Shown: positions 1 to 8,913 of the stretch, one piece after another
Position numbering within the stretch: position 1 is the stretch's first letter
How the letters are laid out: the number at the start of each line of letters is the position of its first letter
Assembly: GCA_029934515.1 (NCBI GenBank)
Contig: JAOZMB010000022.1
Location: 1 to 33,531, forward strand
Origin: Bacteroidales bacterium
GTDB lineage: Bacteria > Bacteroidota > Bacteroidia > Bacteroidales > JAADGE01
Length of the DNA stretch: 33,531 bases
Direction of reading: 5' to 3'
The notes under the pieces: model-generated
Told to the model about the DNA's origin: nothing
Database searches by the model: none
What the model saw: the letters and a program-made list of their open reading frames with translations, nothing else
Made by a program: the position numbers and the translations under genes

Positions 1-2703
1 AGCCGAATTTACTGTATGAGAATATTGATTATCATCTCCGTAATAGCCATTGTAACGACTATTATCAACTGCATCTTGAATATATATTTCATCAAGTATG
101 TTAAACACATGAGCAAAAACAGTAATATCAAACTTGCCCTTTAATGGTATTTCATAAGAAAAATGAAGGTCTGTTATAAAATATGAAGGTGTAAGCCAAA
201 CCTGTTCTTTATCAGCTTCATCAGTTCTTGATGTTGGTTCGAAATCAGCATAATGATTATCATAATATCTTGCATCAAATTGTAATCTTAAACCTTTTAT
301 TGGTTTTATAGTCAGCATTCCTGTAATTTGAGTTTGCGGTGCATCTCCTACTTTAAGGTCTGCTATATAATAATCAAAATCTTCTTCTACAAAACTTCCA
401 TCAGATTGGAAATTACGATATGTTCCACTTACATCTTTTGTATATTCCCAGTTTCCGAATGATACAGCAGCACCGATTTCAATAATATAAAAAGGTTTGT
501 AAAATGCTTCTAATTCAAAACCATTGTGTTTCTGTCCCATTCCTCTTAAAAAAATAATTGCATCGTTACCATCAGCATCTTGAATACCTCTGCTAATTGC
601 ACGGTCGTCCCATTTTGTATTATAATAGTTCAATTTAACATCAAGGGTTTTTGAAGCGGTTTGATAATTAACACCTATTTCATAGGCATTAAAGATTTCA
701 TTTTGTGGGTCGTCAGCAACAGCTCCACTGTTATCATCAATTACATTATCAAAAATAGGCGATTTTGAAATATATCCATAATTTGCAAAAACACTAAAAC
801 CATCAAATGGACGATAGCTTAGACCACCCTTAATTTGATATCCTTGTATTATGTCTGTTTCTGCGAATAGTTCATTGTCGTCTTCGTCTTTTTTGAAATG
901 ATTTGTATATGTGTAAGCAATAAACGAATGCCCAAATGTACCGTAAGCAGTTAATTGTTTTGTGCTATATTCAGCTTGCAAAAAATAACCAGTCCAGTCC
1001 ACAGTATTCGTAGAATAATAACCTATTTTATCACCAAGTTTTTTGTTATAATCGCTTCCGCTTTCAAATTCATTACCATCAAAATAGAAAAATTGTCCGC
1101 CGAGCAAATCTCTAACTTCTCTGTAATGGTCAATTTTTGCTTTTCTCCAATCAACACCGACCTGAGCTTTAAAATTATCTGTAAACAAAATTTTAAATTT
1201 AGATAATACACCTACCATATTTTGGTCGTTCCTACTGTTTCTTAAAATACCAACCGATTCACCTATTTCTCTGCTGATTTCATCTTCATCAATATAAACT
1301 GTTTCATCATTTCCAGAGTTAGCTTTTATTGTTTCGTCCCAATCCCATTTCCATGGCGAATCGCCGTAGTAATATGTATAATCATCATCACTCAGTTCTC
1401 CATCGGCATCTCGTCTGTAAATATTCCCGTAAGTTCCTGTTCCACCACCTTTGCCACCAGAATAATAAACTGTGGTATATTGGTGTATTTTGCTTGTCCA
1501 ATGCGCATACCAGTTTAAGTTTACAAGTGGTTTATGATAAAAATTTTCTCTTTCATTTAGAAAACTCTTATCATGTCTTTCACGTTCTTTACCAAAAAAA
1601 TATTGGTCTGGACTATAATTTGAAACATTACCCCAATTCTGATTATATTTTCTGTCTTGTTCCTGAAATTTATCCAATGTTCCCTGTACTACTCCAAGTT
1701 CTTTTGCAAATTCGTGGCTGTAAGTAGCTACATTTTGTTTATAAAGGTTTTGTCCGTGTCTTTGTGGCGCTCCAAGTGCAAAAAGTTCGAGTTTATGTTT
1801 TTCATTTATTTTGTATGTAGCCCCGAAATAATAAGCCCAAGCGTCTGTCCATGTTTTATCAATAACACCGTCTCCGACCTTACGAACTATACTTGCACTT
1901 GCCGCAAATTTTTCGTTAATCATTCCTGAGTGTCCTGTAACTGATGCTTTCATAAAATTACCTGAACCGTATTCAAATTTAGCTGTTCCTCCAGCATTTT
2001 GCTCTGCTGGACTTGTAATAATATTCATTGTTCCTCCTACTGATGGTGTTGCCAAATTTACAGCACTTAGACCTCTTTGCATCTGAATAGAAGAAGTTGC
2101 ATCAGATATTCCGTCCCAGTTTGACCAATAAACCCATCCGTTTTCCATGTCGTTTACTGGTACTCCGTTTAACATTATAGCAACGTTTCTTTGATTAAAA
2201 CCTCTAACATTAATACGTGCATCGCCAGAACCTCCGCCTCCAGCAGTTGCATAAACACTTGGTGTAGAGTTCATTATCAATGGAATGTCTCTTGAGCCGA
2301 GTTGTTCTTCTATTTCTTTTTTATCTACATCTGAGAAAGCAACAGGTGTTTCTCTTTCTTTTGCACGGTCTGCAATTACGTATATTTCAGTAAGTCCGAT
2401 ATCTTCTCCAAGCATTGCCAAATCAATAATGTTTCCGTTTATTACAGCTTCGTGTGTTGTCATCCCTATGTAAGAAAATATCAAAATTTTAGCACCAACA
2501 GGAGCTTCTATCATGTATTTTCCATTTCCATCTGTACTTGTACCAACTGATGTTCCTTTCACTGTAATCGTAACTCCTGGTATTGGGTTTCCATCGTCAT
2601 CTGCCGTAACTGTTCCAGTTATCTTTGTCTGTGCGAAAACAAAACTTGTTGTTGTTACCAAAAACAATAACAAAAGCATTCTTTGTAAATTTCTCATAAC
2701 CAT
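1..2703 (-). CDS. TonB-dependent receptor, 5' portion only (C-terminus lies beyond the window start). N-terminal signal peptide, carboxypeptidase-regulatory-like domain, then plug domain and start of barrel
   Basis: Open minus-strand frame runs from ATG at 2703 (alternative Met at 2697) to the window edge with no stop. It is absent from the ORF track because it is unterminated. Translation begins MVMRNLQRMLLLLFLVTTTSFVFAQTKITGTVTADDDGNPIPGVTITVKGTSVGTSTDGNGKYMI (signal peptide plus CarbopepD_reg-like fold), continues through plug-like NVRGFNQRNVAIMLNGVPVND, then barrel repeats rich in Y/G/F. Confidence 0.85.
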   Translation of the reverse strand, partial: MVMRNLQRMLLLLFLVTTTSFVFAQTKITGTVTADDDGNPIPGVTITVKGTSVGTSTDGNGKYMIEAPVGAKILIFSYIGMTTHEAVINGNIIDLAMLGEDIGLTEIYVIADRAKERETPVAFSDVDKKEIEEQLGSRDIPLIMNSTPSVYATAGGGGSGDARINVRGFNQRNVAIMLNGVPVNDMENGWVYWSNWDGISDATSSIQMQRGLSAVNLATPSVGGTMNIITSPAEQNAGGTAKFEYGSGNFMKASVTGHSGMINEKFAASASIVRKVGDGVIDKTWTDAWAYYFGATYKINEKHKLELFALGAPQRHGQNLYKQNVATYSHEFAKELGVVQGTLDKFQEQDRKYNQNWGNVSNYSPDQYFFGKERERHDKSFLNERENFYHKPLVNLNWYAHWTSKIHQYTTVYYSGGKGGGTGTYGNIYRRDADGELSDDDYTYYYGDSPWKWDWDETIKANSGNDETVYIDEDEISREIGESVGILRNSRNDQNMVGVLSKFKILFTDNFKAQVGVDWRKAKIDHYREVRDLLGGQFFYFDGNEFESGSDYNKKLGDKIGYYSTNTVDWTGYFLQAEYSTKQLTAYGTFGHSFIAYTYTNHFKKDEDDNELFAETDIIQGYQIKGGLSYRPFDGFSVFANYGYISKSPIFDNVIDDNSGAVADDPQNEIFNAYEIGVNYQTASKTLDVKLNYYNTKWDDRAISRGIQDADGNDAIIFLRGMGQKHNGFELEAFYKPFYIIEIGAAVSFGNWEYTKDVSGTYRNFQSDGSFVEEDFDYYIADLKVGDAPQTQITGMLTIKPIKGLRLQFDARYYDNHYADFEPTSRTDEADKEQVWLTPSYFITDLHFSYEIPLKGKFDITVFAHVFNILDEIYIQDAVDNSRYNGYYGDDNQYSHTVNSA

Positions 2704-2785
2704 AAAAAAATTGTATTTAATTAAAAAAAAAGAATTCCAGTTTTAAAAAATGATTAGATTCGTTGTCTATTCTTAAACATTTAAT

Positions 2786-2810
2786 ATTGTAATATTAATA
2801 TTATTACAAT
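2786..2810. promoter_or_regulatory. AT-rich palindrome attgtaata-N7-tattacaat, 100-115 bp upstream of the TonB-dependent receptor start. Candidate operator, possibly Fur-like box
   Basis: Perfect 9-bp inverted arms seen directly at 2786-2794 and 2802-2810. Position is upstream of the start codon at 2703 on the minus strand. Confidence 0.3.
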
Positions 2811-3074
2811 AACAAAAAAGCGATATTTAATTTTTTAAGTAGTTAAGTATTCATATAAATACTTACTAAAATATAATTTCTTACTTCTTACTTATTGATT
2901 ATCAATACAAAAAAACATTTTCTCTTTGTTTTTAATAATATTTTTTTGCTCTTGTTTATTTTGCAATAATATAAAAAAAAATTAATTAAAAACAATTTTT
3001 AATATTTTTGTTTCTTAGTATATTAAAAATTTCAAATAATTTATTTCGTTATTTTATAGTTATTTTTCACACAA

Positions 3075-4064
3075 TCAATTATTTAATGCTATCCAGATAA
3101 TATCTTTAAGTTTAACAAGTCCTGTTTGAGCTATTGAAGATATAAAAACATAATCTACATTTGGTAGGTCTTCTTTTATTTCATAAATAAGCTCATCGTC
3201 AAGCATATCTGATTTTGAAATTGCAAGTATTCTATTTTTATGCAATAGTTCAGGATTATATTTTTTTAGTTCTAATAAAAGAATTTCATATTCTTTTTTT
3301 ATGTCATCAGAGTCGGCTGGGACTAAAAAAAGTAAAACAGAGTTTCTTTCTATATGTCTTAAAAAACGCAATCCCAAACCTTTTCCTTCTGCTGCACCTT
3401 CTATTATACCGGGAATATCAGCCATAACAAAAGATTTGTTATCACGATATCTTACAACTCCTGGATTAGGAGTAAGAGTTGTAAATTTATAATCTGCAAT
3501 TTTTGGTTTTGCGGCAGAGACAACTGATAATAAAGTAGATTTCCCTGCATTAGGAAAACCAACAAGACCTACATCAGCCAGAATTTTGAGTTCCAAAATT
3601 ATCCATGCTTCAGCGTGAGGAATACCAGGTTGTGCATATTTTGGTGTTTGTCTTGTAGCTGACCTAAAATTCCAATTGCCCAAACCACCTTTACCGCCTC
3701 TCATAAGTATTACTTCTTCATCGTGTTCTGTGATTTCAAATAATACTTCTTCACTGTCGGCATTTTTGGCAATTGTTCCCAACGGAACTTCTATTGTTAC
3801 ACATTTACCATCGGCACCAGTTTTTTTATTTCCAGAACCGTTTTCTCCGTTTTTTGCAAGTACATGTTTGTGATATTTTAGGTGTAGCAAAGTCCAAAGT
3901 TGTCGATTTCCTTTAATTATAACATGACCACCTAGACCTCCATCACCACCATCTGGTCCGCCTTTTGCTGTTTGACGGTCGCGATAAAAATGTACAGACC
4001 CAGCACCGCCCTTTCCAGAACGACAAAATATTTTTACGTAATCTATAAAGTTGGATTCAGGCAT
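3075..4064 (-). CDS. obg: GTPase Obg/CgtA
   Basis: 329 aa. N-terminal Obg fold with glycine-rich repeats ([34 protein letters not shown]). G-domain motifs [15 protein letters not shown] (G1), DIPGIIEGA (G3), ISKSD (G4-like). Confidence 0.9.
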   Translation of the reverse strand: MPESNFIDYVKIFCRSGKGGAGSVHFYRDRQTAKGGPDGGDGGLGGHVIIKGNRQLWTLLHLKYHKHVLAKNGENGSGNKKTGADGKCVTIEVPLGTIAKNADSEEVLFEITEHDEEVILMRGGKGGLGNWNFRSATRQTPKYAQPGIPHAEAWIILELKILADVGLVGFPNAGKSTLLSVVSAAKPKIADYKFTTLTPNPGVVRYRDNKSFVMADIPGIIEGAAEGKGLGLRFLRHIERNSVLLFLVPADSDDIKKEYEILLLELKKYNPELLHKNRILAISKSDMLDDELIYEIKEDLPNVDYVFISSIAQTGLVKLKDIIWIALNN

Positions 4065-4237
4065 TTTAAAAATTTAAATTATTAATCTACAAAAATAAAT
4101 ATCTAAATTAAAAATTGTATTTGGTTCGATTTTTTATATACATTTTTCAATATTAATATTCAACTAAATATCAAACTGCATAATGTATTTATTTTTTTTC
4201 TAATCCAAATTTATTTTAAATATTTAGGGCTGATGCA

Positions 4238-4558
4238 TCAAATTTTGATTATTTCTTCTATATAACTATTATTCTTAGATGCTTTATATTGTCTTTTCTT
4301 TTTACTTAGTTTATCTTTCTGTAAACTAACTCTTTGTAATGCTATCTTCCTCAGAATATTTAGATTATCAGGAGCATTCCCTTTTCTCGACCTTGATGCA
4401 TCTTCCTTAAATGTAAAATCCAAATGCCAATGTAATTTATTATCGCATTTTTTTACAATACGATGGTCAGGAACTTCTGTAAATAATTCTGTAATTTCTC
4501 TTTCTATGAAAACAAATCTAAGAATATATTTGAATTGATAATAAAAGTTAAGTTTCAA
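4238..4558 (-). pseudogene. Remnant of an ISAs1-family (H-repeat-associated) transposase: C-terminal ~70 aa only, N-terminal and DDE core missing
   Basis: 106-aa ORF containing NKLHWHLDFTFKEDASRSRKGNAPDNLNILRKIALQRV. This matches the conserved C-terminal ...ENxLHWVLDVxFxEDxSRxRxGNxAxNxAxLRxxALNLL block of ISAs1 transposases. Only ~300 bp of AT-rich non-coding DNA lies upstream before the next gene, so the element is truncated. Confidence 0.6.
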
Positions 4559-4677
4559 ATTAATATAATGATAGAAAAGTGTTGTAAAACATTAAATAAT
4601 GTTCGAAACAAACATTATTTTTTAATTATCTTTGGGTTACAATAAAATTATATTGGTTTCTAACAATTTTTTTTTAA

Positions 4678-4704
4678 TTTTGATGCGTTTGCCCTAATTA
4701 TTTT
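4678..4704 (+). promoter_or_regulatory. Copy 1 of a conserved 27-bp motif ttttgatgcgtYtgcMctaattatttt, ~155 bp upstream of the lipoprotein gene at 4859
   Basis: 25/27 identity with 7744-7770, same orientation, both upstream of plus-strand genes encoding secreted proteins. Begins with TTTG (Bacteroidota -33-like). Confidence 0.4.
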
Positions 4705-4858
4705 ATAATTTTGTATCTTTGTTGTAAGTTTCTCGTTTCATATCATTTAAATTAAATGATTATTTTACAAAGGTATGAAATCTATAAACTTATACAAATT
4801 TTAACAAAATATATTATTATAATTTTTTAACAATTACTTAATTATTAAATTTTTTACA

Positions 4859-6097
4859 ATGGTACGAATTAAAAACATATCAATTATTTTATTACTAATG
4901 ACAACTATATTATTTAGTTGCGAGAAAGATATTGTAGAGAAAGTAGATGACGAGAATTTTACTACGGTAACAACACTTTCAGTTGAATCTGTTGACCTTA
5001 CAACAGCCACAATAAGAGGGAATGTAAAAACCAATAACTTTGAGACTGTTGTAACTTTTGAATATGGAGAAACAACAAGTTACGGAAATATAATTAATGC
5101 AAATCCAGGAACTATTAACAACGATACAGAAACAAATGTTAATGCAGAGTTAATAGGTCTTACAGAGAACATGACATATCATTATAGATTAAAAGCCGTA
5201 AATACTTCTGGTACCTTTTATGGAGAAGATGTAGATTTTACAACAAACGAAGAAGGAAATGTAAATACTCAGGACAAACAAGCTATTATAGACCTTTACA
5301 ATAATCAATTTCTTACATCGTATGTTTATGGTGTAGATTGGACAGGTAATACGTCGAACTGCGAAGCTGGGACAATATCGTCAGAGGCGTTAGCGAAAAC
5401 ATTACAACGCATTAATTATTACAGAACAATGGTTGGTATTCCAGATGTTGAATATTTTGATGACGAACTAAATGCAAAATGCCAGCAAGGAGCATTAATG
5501 ATGCTTGCCAATAACGCATTAAATCATAATCCGCCGACATCGTGGAGTTGCTATACAACAGAAGGTGCTGATGCGGCTGGTCATTCAAATATTGCAACAA
5601 ATACTGCTTCCGCTTCAATTGACCTTTATATGTTAGATTTCGGTTCTGGAAATTATTCAGCAGGTCATAGGCGATGGATACTAAAACCTTCAACTAAATC
5701 AATGGGACATGGCTCGGCTTCTTCTTACAGTATGCTTTGGGTTTTTGGTGGAGTAGAATTAGAAACTCCTGCAAATATTCCAGAATTTATTGCTTGGCCA
5801 GTCAAAGGATATATGCCTCAAAATCTTATCCCTGATAGATGGAGCTTCTCTATTAAAAATGCTGATTTTTCAAATACAAATATAAGTATGACTGACGAAT
5901 CTGGTGATAATATACCTCTAAGTATAGAAACAATAGTAAATGGTTACGGTGAGAATACAATAGTATGGGTTCCAGAAGTTCCTTATAATTACTGGTCAAT
6001 AGATGAAACAACAGTAAATGTTAAATTAGAAAATGTAAACACAGAAGGAGAGAATAAAGATTATGAATATAGTGTAATTGCTATATTAATTCCGTAA
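4859..6097 (+). CDS. Lipoprotein with fibronectin-III-like beta-sandwich and C-terminal CAP/SCP/PR-1-like domain
   Basis: Signal plus lipobox MTTILFSC. Fn3-like TTATIRGNVKTNNFETVVTFEYGETTSYGN...YHYRLKAVNTSGTFYG. CAP-like stretch INYYRTMVGIPDVEYFDDELNAKCQQGALMMLANNALNHNPP...GHRRWILKPSTKSMGHGSA (compare GHYTQVVW...VGCG of CAP domains). Confidence 0.55.
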   Translation: MVRIKNISIILLLMTTILFSCEKDIVEKVDDENFTTVTTLSVESVDLTTATIRGNVKTNNFETVVTFEYGETTSYGNIINANPGTINNDTETNVNAELIGLTENMTYHYRLKAVNTSGTFYGEDVDFTTNEEGNVNTQDKQAIIDLYNNQFLTSYVYGVDWTGNTSNCEAGTISSEALAKTLQRINYYRTMVGIPDVEYFDDELNAKCQQGALMMLANNALNHNPPTSWSCYTTEGADAAGHSNIATNTASASIDLYMLDFGSGNYSAGHRRWILKPSTKSMGHGSASSYSMLWVFGGVELETPANIPEFIAWPVKGYMPQNLIPDRWSFSIKNADFSNTNISMTDESGDNIPLSIETIVNGYGENTIVWVPEVPYNYWSIDETTVNVKLENVNTEGENKDYEYSVIAILIP

Positions 6098-6108
6098 TAT
6101 ATTTTTAA

Positions 6109-6148
6109 ACGTATCACAATCTTTCAGTTTGTGATACGTAAATATTTT
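6109..6148 (+). terminator. Rho-independent terminator candidate after the 4859-6097 gene
   Basis: Perfect 11-bp stem acgtatcacaa / ttgtgatacgt (6109-6119 and 6129-6139), 9-nt loop, followed by aaatatttttg. Confidence 0.5.
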
Positions 6149-6190
6149 TGAAAGAAATTAAAAATTAAATAATTATTTATTGCAAAATCA

Positions 6191-7666
6191 ATGAATAGCT
6201 TAGAAAAATATTTTGAGAAGTTTAGAAAAAATATAATTGGTATTGATGCAGAGTTTGAAACATCTTGTGGTACTAAGAAAATGATTTATGCAGATTGGAT
6301 TGCAAGTGGCAGATTGTATGCACCGATAGAGGACAGAATGAGAAATCTTATAGCTCCAATGGTTGGCAATACGCATTCAGAAGCAAGCGAGACAGGTATT
6401 ACAATGACTTTTTTGTACAAACAGGCTCAACAAATTATAAAAAAACATGTAAATGCTTTCGATGATGATATTCTTATAAATGAAGGGTCGGGGATGACTG
6501 GTGCGGTGAATAAATTACAACGTATTATTGGTTTGAAGGTTCCTGAGCAGGCACAAAAATATTGTCGAAGTAAGATTGATAAAGATGATTATCCGATTGT
6601 GTTTATTACACACATGGAGCATCATTCAAACCATACATCATGGCTGGAAACAATGGCTGATGTTGTTGTGCTTGAACCATGTAAGGGTATTAAAACAAAT
6701 CCAGATACTTTGAGAAAAGAATTGAAAAAATATAAAAATCGTAAATTTAAAATTGGTTCGTTCAGTGCAGGCTCGAATGTAACTGGTATTATTCCGCCGT
6801 ATTACGAACTTGCCGAAATAATGCACGAACATGGAGGTTATGCTTTTATTGATTTTGCCGCATCGTTTCCTTATATAAATATTGATATGCACCCCGAAAA
6901 TGAAATGCAACGTTTAGATGCTATTTTCTTTTCGCCACATAAAGCGCTTGGAGGCCCAGGAAGTTCGGGAGTTTTAATATTTAATAAAGAATTGTATAAA
7001 AATAAAGCACCTGATAATCCTGGCGGTGGGACTGTTCTGTGGACAAACAGATGGAACGAATATGCTTATGTAAATAATATAGAAACAAAAGAAGACGGCG
7101 GTACTCCAGCTTTCCTGCAAACAATAAGAACAGCTTTCACAATAAAATTGAAAGAGAAAATGGGCTGTGAAAATATTATTAAAAGAGAACACGAACTAAT
7201 TAAAATCGCATTCGAAGAGTTTGACAAAATACCAAGTTTACAAATATTATCTTATGAAAATAAATGCAGACTCGGAGTTTTTTCTTTTTTTATTAAAGAT
7301 ATACATCACAACCTAATAGTAAGAATATTAAACGATGAATTTGGTATTCAGGTTCGAGGAGGATGTTCGTGTGCAGGAACTTATGGACATTATTTATTGC
7401 ATGTTACAAAAATAGAATCGCATAGAATAACAGATATGATTAATCTGGGAAATTTGTCAGAAAAACCCGGATGGGTTCGTGTGTCAATTCATCCAACAAT
7501 GACAAACGAAGAACTGTATTTTATAACAAAGGCAATAAAACAAACAGTTGAGAATATCAATACCAGAAAAAAAGATTATTATTTTGATACAGAAAGTGGA
7601 GAATTTTTTCATAATAAAGAAGCACGAAGGAAACAAGAAGATTTTTGCAAATGGTTTGATTTATAG
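6191..7666 (+). CDS. Aminotransferase class-V-fold PLP-dependent enzyme (cysteine desulfurase / selenocysteine lyase-like)
   Basis: 491 aa. HMEHHSN, FSAGSNVTG, and PLP-lysine context FFSPHKALGGPGSSGVL typical of fold-type I class V enzymes. Confidence 0.7.
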   Translation: MNSLEKYFEKFRKNIIGIDAEFETSCGTKKMIYADWIASGRLYAPIEDRMRNLIAPMVGNTHSEASETGITMTFLYKQAQQIIKKHVNAFDDDILINEGSGMTGAVNKLQRIIGLKVPEQAQKYCRSKIDKDDYPIVFITHMEHHSNHTSWLETMADVVVLEPCKGIKTNPDTLRKELKKYKNRKFKIGSFSAGSNVTGIIPPYYELAEIMHEHGGYAFIDFAASFPYINIDMHPENEMQRLDAIFFSPHKALGGPGSSGVLIFNKELYKNKAPDNPGGGTVLWTNRWNEYAYVNNIETKEDGGTPAFLQTIRTAFTIKLKEKMGCENIIKREHELIKIAFEEFDKIPSLQILSYENKCRLGVFSFFIKDIHHNLIVRILNDEFGIQVRGGCSCAGTYGHYLLHVTKIESHRITDMINLGNLSEKPGWVRVSIHPTMTNEELYFITKAIKQTVENINTRKKDYYFDTESGEFFHNKEARRKQEDFCKWFDL

Positions 7667-7743
7667 AACAGAACAGTGAAGAAAATTATTAAAACTCACT
7701 ACTATTCAAAATAGTAATTTCTTGATTTTTCAGAACTTAAATA

Positions 7744-7770
7744 TTTTGATGCGTCTGCACTAATTATTTT
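7744..7770 (+). promoter_or_regulatory. Copy 2 of the conserved 27-bp motif, ~340 bp upstream of the T9SS cargo gene at 8113
   Basis: ttttgatgcgtctgcactaattatttt versus ttttgatgcgtttgccctaattatttt at 4678-4704. Confidence 0.4.
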
Positions 7771-8112
7771 GCAAAATGAATAATGTCCTTAATTATGGCG
7801 AATTAAATTATAATTATAATTTGTTATGGAACATATACAACAAAAAAAGAGATAAATAGCTCAGTTTTTGAAAAATTAAATAAAAAAATACAGTGAAAAT
7901 TTGACAGCGAACTTATTGATTGCTACGTTAATACAAAATATTTATATTTTTCAACAAAATATTATTATAATTAGAAAATTTTTAATTTCTAATTTTTTGT
8001 TTATTTTTGTTCCCTTGCATAATTCTTAATATTCTGATATTTTTTTATTAAAATCTCAAAATGAATTATGAAACTTTTTATGAACTATTCTTTTAACAAA
8101 AAAAATTAAATT

Positions 8113-8835
8113 ATGAAAAAAATTATCTTTTTAACAATTTTTGCTTTATTTTCAATTAGTTGTTTGTTCGCTCAACTTTCTCTTGTTCGTCTTGACGATG
8201 GGAGTACAATAGAAAATAATGCAGTTCTTACATTTTATACAGAGTACAACTTGGAATTTGTATTAACAAACAACGGAGGAGATGAGATAGGAGTTTATTT
8301 AGAAGCTTTAAATATTGAACGTCCCAGTGGCAGTACGATGGAATGGTGTTTTGGAGAGCAATGTATTGACGATATGGAAGAAGGAGCAAGATATCCAACA
8401 GGTGGACCTTTTGTCTTGGAATCAGGTGCATCAACACCTAACGGAAACCATTTTTTGCATCGAATTAACGGGACTACTGGAATTGCAACTTATGTTCTTA
8501 AATTTTACGAAGCAACAGACCCAGACAATTATATCCAGTTTACATATAAATATGACGAAAGTTCAGCAATTGAAGAATTAAACTCTAAATCAAAAATATC
8601 CATTTATCCAAATCCATCAAAAAATTTCTTATATATCCAATGCAACGATTTGGGAAAAAATTATCAAATATCTATACGAAATATAATTGGAAAAGAAATT
8701 AAAGTAATTGATGTTGATAATTCTAAAGAAACAGTAAAAATTCAAACAGATGATTTAAGTTCTGGAATTTATTTATATTCAATTATTGCAGACGGAGAAT
8801 TTATTGAAACAAAAAAACTTATAATAAATAAGTAA
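8113..8835 (+). CDS. Secreted protein with T9SS type-A C-terminal sorting domain (Por_Secre_tail)
   Basis: Signal peptide MKKIIFLTIFALFSISCLFAQ. C-terminal KISIYPNPSKNFLYIQCND...SSGIYLYSIIADGEFIETKKLIINK matches the T9SS CTD consensus (YPNP..., GxY motif, terminal K-rich strand). Confidence 0.75.
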   Translation: MKKIIFLTIFALFSISCLFAQLSLVRLDDGSTIENNAVLTFYTEYNLEFVLTNNGGDEIGVYLEALNIERPSGSTMEWCFGEQCIDDMEEGARYPTGGPFVLESGASTPNGNHFLHRINGTTGIATYVLKFYEATDPDNYIQFTYKYDESSAIEELNSKSKISIYPNPSKNFLYIQCNDLGKNYQISIRNIIGKEIKVIDVDNSKETVKIQTDDLSSGIYLYSIIADGEFIETKKLIINK

Positions 8836-8913
8836 GTTTTTTGTTTATTATAAAAAAATACTTCAGCAATCTTTTCAGATTGTTGAACATTTTTACATTT
8901 AATTTATTTAATT

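Noticed and set aside
955-2746. Several 60-130-aa plus-strand ORFs (955-1206, 1329-1727, 1657-1929, 2285-2473, 2513-2746) and minus 1023-1211
   Set aside because: All fall inside the long uninterrupted minus-strand TonB-dependent receptor frame. Translations are low-complexity without motifs.
6116-8880. Shared caatcttt(t)cag string in the hairpin loops after the 6097 stop and the 8835 stop
   Set aside because: Only ~11 nt with a mismatch, and the second hairpin has a weak 5-6 bp stem. Could be chance in AT-rich DNA. Not enough to call a conserved terminator family.
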